Origin: an uncultured Acidobacteriota bacterium
GTDB taxonomy: Bacteria > Acidobacteriota > Vicinamibacteria > Fen-336
Length of the DNA stretch: 64,000 bases
Direction of reading: 5' to 3'
NCBI GenBank assembly: GCA_963720545.1
Contig: OY970399.1
Location: forward strand, 2,048,001 to 2,112,000
The notes beneath the pieces were generated by a model that saw only the letters and a program-made list of their open reading frames with translations, had not been told where the DNA came from and made no database searches. Below are positions 27,688-36,202 of the stretch, in pieces (the first letter of the stretch is position 1; every line of letters starts with the position of its first letter). Made by a program: the position numbers and the translations under genes.

Positions 27688-27741
27688 GACGGCCCGCCAG
27701 GACCGTCGATCAACCTGTCCGGGCGTTGACGCCCGCCTAGA

Positions 27742-28338
27742 ATGTTGAACAGCATGTCCATCGCCGACGCGGTGCTCGATCGGCTGCTCCAGGTCAATCC
27801 CAGGCAACAGGCCGAAGCACTCCTCAGCTTGATCGCCTCGCATTCAGGCGCCGAGACCAGCGCCTTGTTCCGCGTGACCGCGAAGGACGCTCGACCGGAG
27901 CTGTTCGTCGCCCGCATGGTCGACCAGGCGGCCCTCGACAATGCGGCGGAGTGCTGGAGCACGGACAGCCATCGCCTTGGGGACGGGGAGCCCGTGGACG
28001 GACCCGGTTATCTGGTGATCGGCATTCCCGGCGGCCTCGTCTACCTCTCGGGAAAGCTGCCGATCAGCCGCGAGCGTGCGCAGGAAGTGGTGGGTGCCGC
28101 GAAGCGCGCTCTGTCGTTCGCCATCGGCTGGCGCGAAGCCGTCGCCGAGCCCACCGTGGTCGAATGGCTCGCATCGCGCAGCGCGAGCGAGATTCGCCGC
28201 GAGAAGCTCCTCCAGGTGCTGCGCGACGCCGGCTGGAACAAGGCCAAGGCGGCGCGCATCTGGGGCTGCAGCCGCGCCACCATGTACAACATGATGGAAA
28301 GCCTCGGAATCCCCCTGGACGAGCGCGTCGGAAAATGA
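27742..28338 (+). CDS. Second GAF-like/Fis-HTH regulator, paralog of 24822-25520 (start may be 27754)
   Basis: WNKAKAARIWGCSRATMYNMM HTH; shares LF-x4-VDQ-x2-LD-x-A-x3-W and REKLL with the first regulator. Confidence 0.78.
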   Translation: MLNSMSIADAVLDRLLQVNPRQQAEALLSLIASHSGAETSALFRVTAKDARPELFVARMVDQAALDNAAECWSTDSHRLGDGEPVDGPGYLVIGIPGGLVYLSGKLPISRERAQEVVGAAKRALSFAIGWREAVAEPTVVEWLASRSASEIRREKLLQVLRDAGWNKAKAARIWGCSRATMYNMMESLGIPLDERVGK

Positions 28339-28380
28339 CGGCTCAGGTGCGTCTGCACAAGGGCGTATAAGCTCCGGCCG

Positions 28381-29669
28381 GTGATACCGGAGCGGAAATC
28401 CATCGGTTCGCGCCTGATACGGACCGCTTTGGTACTGCTTCTGTTCCTCGCTTCAGTATTTGCCGTTTACGAAGCGACGCGCCGGTTTGGGTTCGTGCAG
28501 GACGACTTCCTGTTTGCACGGCCGTTGACGGCGCGTCAGCTCGCTTCGACGTTTTTCGGGAACTGGGAGCCGTTTGGTCTTGGCAATTCCCATTACCGGC
28601 CGGTGGTGGCGCTGACGCTTGCGGCCGACTACGAGATTCATGGTGTGCGGCCGCGCGGGTACCACGAGACAAACCTCATCCTGCTGGCTTTTTGCGGGCT
28701 GGCGTCTTTCGCGCTGCTGCGGCGGCTGGGCTGCGGGCCGCTGCCTGCATTCCTGGCGAGCCTGGCGTGGCTCGTTCATCCCATGAGCGCGTCCTCGGCG
28801 GCCTGGTGCGCGCAGCGGACCGATTCCGTCATGGCGATCTTCTACCTGCTGGCCGTGCGAGCAGCGCTTGCTCCCGCCTTCTCGAGGACCGAGCTGCTGA
28901 AAGTGCTGGTGTTCGGGGTGCTCGCGCTTGGCTCGAAGGAGATGGCGGTCACGCTACCCGGCCGTCATTGCCATGGCGCTTTGGGTCTTCAAGCCTGCCG
29001 ATTGGCGGCGACGCATCCTGCCGGTCGGTCGGCGGTACGTTGGTGCTCGCGGTGGCGCTGGTCGTTGACTTCAGCCGGCTCTTTCCCGAGAAGACGCATT
29101 TCTATCCCCCACCGCTGGGATACGCGCTGCACATACTCTTCCCAGTCTTCTGGCCAACTTCGTACCTGCACTTCTGGAATGCGCGGATTCCCGATCCGCG
29201 CGATGTCTGGACGGCGCTCGTGTTCTTTGCCGGTTCGGCGTGGCTCGCGATGCGGCACAAGGAACAGTTGTCGCTGCGGTTCGCTGCTGCCGGGCTGCTG
29301 TGGCCGGTCATCACGCTGGTGCCGGTCTTTGGCCTCGATGATCCGGACAGCTACCGGCTTGGATTGCTGCCAGCGTTCGGATTCGCGTTCATCGTGGCCG
29401 CGTTTGCCAATGGGTTTCGGCGGCACCGGCCGGTCGTGCTCCTGGCCGCTGCCGGCCTTGCCATCTGGTTCGTGCCGATGGCGCGCGGCAGTGCGGCGGT
29501 CTGGGGGCCCGGCGGCTTTCAGTACCAGAGCTTGTTGAAGTGGCGCGCGCAGCAGCCCGAGTGGCAGGCGTTACTTACGCCTGAGATGCGGGCGTTGTTC
29601 GAGCGGCAGGTGCGGCGGGATCTGGGGCCGGACTACCTACGGGCTGGACCTACGGAGCCGCAGCGCTAG
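28381..29669 (+). CDS. Membrane GT-C-type glycosyltransferase-like protein (TMTC/PMT-like), frameshifted at about 28960 and 29025
   Basis: GFVQDD, HYRPV, GYHETNL, LVHP, SKEMAVTLP motifs; hydrophobic continuation in other frames to the stop at 29669. Confidence 0.65.
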
Positions 29670-29716
29670 GAGATCCTTCGGGCCAGCGCAAGCGCAAGTA
29701 GCCCTCAGGAAAACGG
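29670..29716 (+). repeat. REP-like element
   Basis: GAGATCCTTCGGGCCAGCGCAAGCGCAAGTAGCCCTCAGGAAAACGG, near-identical to copies at 40218-40317; lies between convergent genes. Confidence 0.8.
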
Positions 29717-29725
29717 GCTGTGGCC

Positions 29726-31159
29726 TCAGGGCTTCGGTTTCGCGGGTTGCTTAGTCGTTAGCTGGCGGATGACGTCGTAGAACATGGGGACCGCCTTGCG
29801 CAGTTGGTCGGTGCTGATGCGTTCGTCGTCGCCGTGGGTGGTGTTGCTTTCGTCCTGGGTGGCGCCGTAGGTGGTGAAGCCGTAGCAGTTGGGGCCGATG
29901 GTGCGGAACAGGACGCATTCGGTGGCGCCCGACAGAAGCTTGGTGGTGACGGGGACGCCTGGGTAGTTCTTCCTGAAGACACCTTCTGCGATACGGAAGA
30001 GCTCCGTGTCCACCGGGCTCTGGTTGGGGGCGCGGAAGTTGGGGCGCGGCGTGATTTCCACCGTAGGATCGCCGATCACCTTGGTGATCTCGTCGAGGAA
30101 CGCCTTCGGGTCCTCGCCGGGCAGGAGGCGCACGTCGAGTTCGGCTTCGGCGGTGCCTGGGATGACGTTGGTTTTGTAGCCCGCATGCACCACCGTGATC
30201 GAGATGGTGTTGCGCAGCATCGCCGAGACGTCGCGGTCGGCGTAGAGGACGTCGGCCGCCTTCGGGTCCTTGATGGCCGTCGCCAGGTCTTCGTACCAGG
30301 CCTTGCGGTCGCCCGACTGTGGCGCCAGGTCCTTGAAATACTTGGCGACCGACGGGATCACCTTCAGCTCGGTCTTGTAGAGGCGCACCTTCTCGAGCGC
30401 CCGGATCATGCGGTTGAGGGCCGAGTCGGCGATGGGGCGCGAGCCGTGGCCGGGCGTGCCGGTCGTTTTGAGCGTCAGCCAGTAGGGGCCCTTCTCGCCG
30501 GCGCCGAAGCCGAAGTAGACCGGCTTGCCGCTCGCGTCGATCACGTTGTCCGAACCTTCGGTTATGACGTATTCAGCGGGCTTGATGATGTCGAGGAATC
30601 CGGCCGAATCGATGGCGCGGAAGGCGCCCAGGAAGTCCTGCTCCTCGTCGGCGGTGCCCATGAAGATGAGGTCGCGGTCGAGCGCCAGCTTCTCGCGCTT
30701 GGCGCGGATGAAGGCAACCAGCTGGATGATGCCCTCGCTCTTCATGTCCTGCGCGCCGCGGCCCCAGATGGCGCCATCTTTTTCGAGGCCGGAGAAGGGC
30801 GGGACAGACCAGCGCTTCGGGTCGGCCGGCACCACGTCCATGTGGTTCGTCAGCACCACCGGCTTGCGCGCGCCGCTGCCCTTCAGGATTGCGATGACGT
30901 TGGCGCGGCCGGGAGCGAACTCGTCGATGCGCGCCTCGATGCCTTCCTTCTCCAGCACCTTCTTGTAGAAGGCGGCGGCCTTCAGCTCGTTGCCGGGCGG
31001 CACCGTGGTGTCTATCTGCAGGTACTCCTTCAGCAGCGAGACGGCCAGGTCCTGGTACACGGTGTCCGCCGCGGCGGTTGCGGTGTTGGCTGCGGCGGGT
31101 TTTGCGGGCGCCGCTTTGGGCGCGAGAAGGAGCAGGCTGAGGCTTGCGGCTGTGAGCAT
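29726..31159 (-). CDS. Secreted M20/M25/M40-family metallopeptidase
   Basis: Signal peptide, NHMDVVPA, WGRGAQDMK, ADEE, GHGS, NVIPG, HGDDERI. Confidence 0.92.
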   Translation of the reverse strand: MLTAASLSLLLLAPKAAPAKPAAANTATAAADTVYQDLAVSLLKEYLQIDTTVPPGNELKAAAFYKKVLEKEGIEARIDEFAPGRANVIAILKGSGARKPVVLTNHMDVVPADPKRWSVPPFSGLEKDGAIWGRGAQDMKSEGIIQLVAFIRAKREKLALDRDLIFMGTADEEQDFLGAFRAIDSAGFLDIIKPAEYVITEGSDNVIDASGKPVYFGFGAGEKGPYWLTLKTTGTPGHGSRPIADSALNRMIRALEKVRLYKTELKVIPSVAKYFKDLAPQSGDRKAWYEDLATAIKDPKAADVLYADRDVSAMLRNTISITVVHAGYKTNVIPGTAEAELDVRLLPGEDPKAFLDEITKVIGDPTVEITPRPNFRAPNQSPVDTELFRIAEGVFRKNYPGVPVTTKLLSGATECVLFRTIGPNCYGFTTYGATQDESNTTHGDDERISTDQLRKAVPMFYDVIRQLTTKQPAKPKP

Positions 31160-31221
31160 CCTGGGAGGATAAACTGCCTCGCCAGCCATCGCCATCTTGC
31201 GCCCGAATTGAGGAGACCCTG

Positions 31222-34131
31222 ATGATGCTTCGCTTCGTCGCCGCGGCATGCGTACTTGCTGCCACCGCTTCCAGCCTGCACGCGGCCGGCCGGCCCCTGA
31301 AGATCGACGACATGTTCGCCCTGCACGACGTCTCGGAGCTGGCCTTGAGCCCGGACGGCACGCGCATCGCCTACACGTTGACGAAGACGGACGCGAAAAA
31401 AGACGACACCGACAGCGACATCTACATGATCCCGTTCGCGGGCGGCGCGCCGGTGCGGATCACCACCAGCGAGCAGTCGGAGGAGCACCCCCGGTGGAGC
31501 CCCGACGGCAAGTGGCTGGCGTTCCTGTCCGACCGCGACGACGACAAGGCACAGGTGTACGTGATGCCCACGAGCGGCGGCGAGGGGCGGAAGCTCACCA
31601 ACCTCAAGGGCAGGGTGTCGAGCTTCCAGTGGTCGCACGACAGCACCAGGCTGCTCGTCGTCGCGCGCGATCCGGATCCGGACGACGATGACGATGCTGC
31701 TTCCGCCGCGAGCAAGACGACCGACGCGGAAGACCGGACACCGAAGCCAATCGTCATCAACCGCCGCCAGTTCAAGATGGACGGCACCGGGTACCTCTCC
31801 GATCGCCGCAGCCACCTCTGGGTCTTCGACCTCGCGAGCAAGTCGGCGTTCCAGCTGACGTCGGGCAACTTCGACGACGGCAACCCCGACTGGTCGCCCG
31901 ACGGCCGCTCGGTGGTGTTCGGCTCCAATCGCACCACCGATCCCGACTCGAACAAGAACAGCGACATCTTCGTGATCGACGCCTACCCTGGTGCCAGGCC
32001 GAAGGCGGTGGTCTCGTCGCCCGGCGAGGACGATGCGCCGAGGTTTTCGCCCGACGGGAAGTCGATTGCCTACCTCGCCGGCGGCGACCCGAAGGACATG
32101 TGGTACGGCTCGAACCACCTGGCGGTGGTGCCCGCGGGCGGCGGCGAGTCGCGCGCGCTGACGGCGGCGCTCGACCGCAACCTGCTGGAGCCGCGGTGGA
32201 GCCCCGACGGAGCGTCGCTCTACTTCATCATCGAAGAGGGCGGGATCCAGAGCCTCGGCAAGGTGGCAGCCGGCGGCGGTGACGGCGGCATTGAGCGCCT
32301 CGTCAAGGGCGAGCGCGATGTGGTCGATTTCGTGGTGGGCCGGAAGGGCGAGATCGTGTTCGTCGAAAGCACGGCGCAGATGCCGCAGGAGATCTCGGCG
32401 CTCGACGGCACGGCGGTCCGCCGCATCACCCATGAGAACGACGCGGTCCTCGCCAACATCCAGCTCGCCGAGGTGCGGCGCCTGCCCGCGAAGAGTGCCG
32501 ACGGCACCGCCGTCGATGGCTTCATCTACCTGCCGCCGGGCTACAAGGCCGGCGAGAAGGTGGCGGCCATCCTGCGGCCGCACGGCGGCCCCACGGGCCA
32601 GTATTCGGCGAGCTTCGACTTCTTCCACCAGGTGCTGGCGGCGGCCGGCTACGCGGTGATCGCTCCCAACCCGCGCGGCTCCACCGGCTACGGCACCGCG
32701 TTCGCGCGCGCCATCTTCGCCGATTGGGGCAACAAGGATTTCGAGGACGAGATGGCCGCCGTGGACGCGGCCGTTGCCGCCGGGTACGTGGATGCCAACC
32801 GGCTCGGTGTCGGCGGCTGGAGCTACGGCGGCATCATGACCGACTACATCGTCACCAAGTCGACGCGCTTCAAGGCCGCGGTTTCGGGCGCCAGCATGGC
32901 GCTCATGACCTCCGGCTACGGGACCGACCACTACCAGTACGAGTGGGAAACCGAGCTGGGCTTGCCCTGGAAGAGCGAAGCGACCTGGCGCAAGGTGTCG
33001 TCGTCCTTTTTCGACGTCGAGAAGATCGTGACCCCCATCCTTTATATGGGCGGTTCCAAGGACGTGAACGTGCCGGTGCTGGCGAGCGAGCAGCTCTACC
33101 AGGCGGTGAAGCGCATCGGCAAGGTGGACACCGAGCTCGTCGTCTACCCCGGGCAGTATCACGGCATCACGACACCGTCCTACGAGAAGGACCGCCTGGA
33201 GCGCAACGTCGCCTGGTACGACAAGTACCTGCGGCCGGGCAAGGCGGCGGCTGCCGCGAAGGACGACGCGAAGAAGCCGGAGGCGACCTCGCTCCTGGGC
33301 GTGCCGCTCTTCCCTCCCGACGTCGACGCCGAAACGCGCGAACCGCTCGAGGCCAACCTGGCCGCGGCGCAGGCCGAGTTCGTGAAGAACCCGGACAGCG
33401 CCGACAACATCATCTGGCTGGGCCGCCGGCTCGCCTACCTCTACCGCTTCCGCGAGGCGATCGACGTGTACACCCGCGGCATCGCGAAGTTTCCCGAAGA
33501 CATCCGCATGTATCGCCACCGCGGCCATCGCTACGTCACGCTGCGCGAGTTCGACAAGGCGATCGCCGACCTCGACAAGGCGGCGGCGATCATCGTGAAG
33601 AAGAAGCTGCCCGATGCAATGGAGCCAGACGGCTCGCCCAATGCTCGCGGCGTGCCGACGAGCACCTCGCACTTCAACATCTACTACCACCTGGGCCTCG
33701 CCCACTACCTGAAGGGCGAATGGGCCGCCGCCGAAAAGGCGTACCGCGAGTGCATGAAGTACTCGAAGCAGGACGACAGCAAGGTGGCGACGAGCGACTG
33801 GCTCTACATGACGCTGCGGCGCGCCGGCAAGGAAGCGGAAGCGAAGCAGGTGCTGGAGCCGATCACCGCGGGCATGGACGTCATCGAGAGCACCCAGTAC
33901 CGCGACCGCCTGCTGATGTACAAGGGCGAGAAGAAGCCGGAAGACCTGCTGGGCGAGGGCGGCGGCGACGGCGTCAGCATCGCGACCTTCGGCTACGGCG
34001 TCGGCAACTGGTACCTGGTGAACGGCGAGAAGGACAAGGCACGCGACGTGTTCCGGCGCGTCGTTTCCGGGCCGCAGTGGGCGGCGTTCGGCTTCATCGC
34101 ATCCGAAGTCGAACTGGCGCGGATGAAATGA
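31222..34131 (+). CDS. S9 (acylaminoacyl/dipeptidyl peptidase-like) serine peptidase with PD40 beta-propeller and C-terminal TPR domain
   Basis: WSPDG repeats, PHGGP, NPRGSTGYG, GWSYGG nucleophile, DVNVP, YPGQYHG; TPR-like helices in the last ~280 aa. Confidence 0.9.
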   Translation: MMLRFVAAACVLAATASSLHAAGRPLKIDDMFALHDVSELALSPDGTRIAYTLTKTDAKKDDTDSDIYMIPFAGGAPVRITTSEQSEEHPRWSPDGKWLAFLSDRDDDKAQVYVMPTSGGEGRKLTNLKGRVSSFQWSHDSTRLLVVARDPDPDDDDDAASAASKTTDAEDRTPKPIVINRRQFKMDGTGYLSDRRSHLWVFDLASKSAFQLTSGNFDDGNPDWSPDGRSVVFGSNRTTDPDSNKNSDIFVIDAYPGARPKAVVSSPGEDDAPRFSPDGKSIAYLAGGDPKDMWYGSNHLAVVPAGGGESRALTAALDRNLLEPRWSPDGASLYFIIEEGGIQSLGKVAAGGGDGGIERLVKGERDVVDFVVGRKGEIVFVESTAQMPQEISALDGTAVRRITHENDAVLANIQLAEVRRLPAKSADGTAVDGFIYLPPGYKAGEKVAAILRPHGGPTGQYSASFDFFHQVLAAAGYAVIAPNPRGSTGYGTAFARAIFADWGNKDFEDEMAAVDAAVAAGYVDANRLGVGGWSYGGIMTDYIVTKSTRFKAAVSGASMALMTSGYGTDHYQYEWETELGLPWKSEATWRKVSSSFFDVEKIVTPILYMGGSKDVNVPVLASEQLYQAVKRIGKVDTELVVYPGQYHGITTPSYEKDRLERNVAWYDKYLRPGKAAAAAKDDAKKPEATSLLGVPLFPPDVDAETREPLEANLAAAQAEFVKNPDSADNIIWLGRRLAYLYRFREAIDVYTRGIAKFPEDIRMYRHRGHRYVTLREFDKAIADLDKAAAIIVKKKLPDAMEPDGSPNARGVPTSTSHFNIYYHLGLAHYLKGEWAAAEKAYRECMKYSKQDDSKVATSDWLYMTLRRAGKEAEAKQVLEPITAGMDVIESTQYRDRLLMYKGEKKPEDLLGEGGGDGVSIATFGYGVGNWYLVNGEKDKARDVFRRVVSGPQWAAFGFIASEVELARMK

Positions 34132-34850
34132 GCGGCCTGCGGCTGTCGGGCGCGCCTGGCTTCGCCCTTGTCCTTGCCGTTGCCCTTGGCGCGAGCGGCT
34201 GCGCGGCCGGCGTGCCGGCGCCGCTCGGCCCGCAAACGGCATCCGACGCGCGGCTCAACCCTGCCGCGCCGCTGTGGCGCCAGCAGGCACCGAAGCGCTT
34301 CTACCTGCGTTTCGAGACGTCGAAGGGCGTCTTCGTCGTGGAGGCGGAGCGCAAGTGGGCGCCGCACGGCGCCGACCGCCTCTATCACATGGCGCACACG
34401 GGGCTGCTCGACGATTCGCGCTTCTTCCGTGTGCGGCCGCGCGAGTTCGCGCAGTTCGGCATTGCCGGCGATCCGGCGGTGGCGAACGCGTGGCGCGAGG
34501 CCAAGCTGCCGGACGATCCGCGGGTGCTGAGTAACGTCCGCGGCACGCTGGCTTACGCGATGGCGGGCGCCAACACCCGCGGCACGCAGCTGTTCATCAA
34601 CGTCAAGGACCATCCCGATTACGACCGCGACGGCTTCACGCCAGTGGCGCGGGTGGTTTCGGGGATGAGCGTGGTGGACGCGCTGTACGCGGGCTACGGC
34701 GATGCCAGCGGCGGCGGCATCCGCGCTGGCGCGCAGGGGCCGATCTTCGCGGGCGGCAACGTCCAGCTCGACCGCGACTTCCCGCGCCTCGACAAGATCA
34801 TTTCCGTCCGCATCGTCGCCTCGCCCGAGGAGTCGGGGCGGCGGCGTTGA
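34128..34850 (+). CDS. Cyclophilin-type peptidyl-prolyl cis-trans isomerase
   Basis: FETSKG, WAPHGADR, RFFRV, AQFG, NVRGTL, TQLFIN, GMSVVD. Confidence 0.88.
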   Translation: MSGLRLSGAPGFALVLAVALGASGCAAGVPAPLGPQTASDARLNPAAPLWRQQAPKRFYLRFETSKGVFVVEAERKWAPHGADRLYHMAHTGLLDDSRFFRVRPREFAQFGIAGDPAVANAWREAKLPDDPRVLSNVRGTLAYAMAGANTRGTQLFINVKDHPDYDRDGFTPVARVVSGMSVVDALYAGYGDASGGGIRAGAQGPIFAGGNVQLDRDFPRLDKIISVRIVASPEESGRRR

Positions 34851-36172
34851 CGACAACGACGGCTGCGGCGGCCCCGCAATCGATCACGCGCATCATCGGC
34901 GCCGCGTCGCTCGGCACCATGATCGAGTGGTACGACTTCTACATCTTCGGCAGCCTGTCGGTCTTCATGACCGAGGTGTTCTATCCCAAGGGCGATCCGG
35001 TGTGGACCGAGATCGCGTTCTGGGCGACGTTCGCCACCGGCTTCATCGTGCGGCCGTTCGGCGCCGTGGTGTTCGGACGCGTCGGCGACCTCGTGGGCCG
35101 CAAGTACGCGTTCCTCGTGACCTTGCTGGTGATGGGCCTTGCCACCTTCGTCATCGGCCTGCTGCCGAGCTACGAAAAGATCGGCCTGATGGCGCCGTTC
35201 CTGCTCATCCTGCTGCGCCTGGTGCAGGGCCTGGCGCTCGGCGGCGAGTACGGCGGCGCCGCGGTGTACGTTGCCGAGCATGCCCCGGACGGCAAGCGCG
35301 GCCTGTACACGTCGTTCATCCAGACGACCGCGACGCTGGGCCTCTTCATCTCGCTGGCCGTGATCCTGGTGGTGCGCGGCTCGATGTCGGACGCCGCCTT
35401 CCGCCAGTGGGGGTGGCGGCTGCCGTTCCTCGCCTCGATCTTCCTCGTGGCCATCTCGCTCTACATCCGCCTGCGCATGAAGGAGTCGCCCCTCTTCTCG
35501 GCGCTCAAGAAGTCGGGCAAGACCTCGCTGCAGCCGCTGCGCGACGCCTTCGGCAACTGGGCAAACCTGAAGGTGGTCCTGCTGGTGCTGTTCGGCGCGC
35601 AGGCGGGCCAGGGCGTCGTCTGGTACACCGCGCAGTTCTGGGCGCTCGCGTTCCTGATGGGCAAGGAGTGCAAGGTGCCCTACACCGAGGCGTACGTCAT
35701 CCTGGCGGTGGCGCTCGCCATCGGCACGCCGTTCTTCGTGTTCTTCGGCTGGCTGTCCGATCGGATCGGCCGCAAGAAGATCATGATGGCCGGCAACCTG
35801 GTCGCGGCACTCACGTTCTATCCCATCTTCCAGGCGCTGAAGCACTACTCGAACCCGCTCAACATGCCGATGCTGATCGCGCTGGTGACGCTGCTGGTGC
35901 TCTACTCGACGATGGTGTACGGGCCGATCGCCGCGTTCCTCGTCGAGGCGTTCCCGGCGAAGATCCGCTACACGTCGCTATCGGTGCCATACCACCTCGG
36001 CAACGGCTGGTTCGGCGGCACCGTGCCGCTCATCGCCACCTGGCTGGTGGCGCGCACCGGCCACCCCTACGCGAGCCTGTGGTTCCCCATCGCCGTCGCT
36101 TCGATCACCTTCGTGGTCGGCTCCTTGCTGTTGAAGGAGAGCCACCGGGTTCGGATCTGGGACGAGGTGTAA
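34847..36172 (+). CDS. MFS transporter, metabolite:H+ symporter family
   Basis: GTMIEWYDF, GRVGDLVGRK, QGLALGGEYGGA, LSDRIGRK. Confidence 0.93.
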   Translation: MTTTTAAAAPQSITRIIGAASLGTMIEWYDFYIFGSLSVFMTEVFYPKGDPVWTEIAFWATFATGFIVRPFGAVVFGRVGDLVGRKYAFLVTLLVMGLATFVIGLLPSYEKIGLMAPFLLILLRLVQGLALGGEYGGAAVYVAEHAPDGKRGLYTSFIQTTATLGLFISLAVILVVRGSMSDAAFRQWGWRLPFLASIFLVAISLYIRLRMKESPLFSALKKSGKTSLQPLRDAFGNWANLKVVLLVLFGAQAGQGVVWYTAQFWALAFLMGKECKVPYTEAYVILAVALAIGTPFFVFFGWLSDRIGRKKIMMAGNLVAALTFYPIFQALKHYSNPLNMPMLIALVTLLVLYSTMVYGPIAAFLVEAFPAKIRYTSLSVPYHLGNGWFGGTVPLIATWLVARTGHPYASLWFPIAVASITFVVGSLLLKESHRVRIWDEV

Positions 36173-36202
36173 GCACCTATCGCTACACTTGAGATCGACG
36201 CT

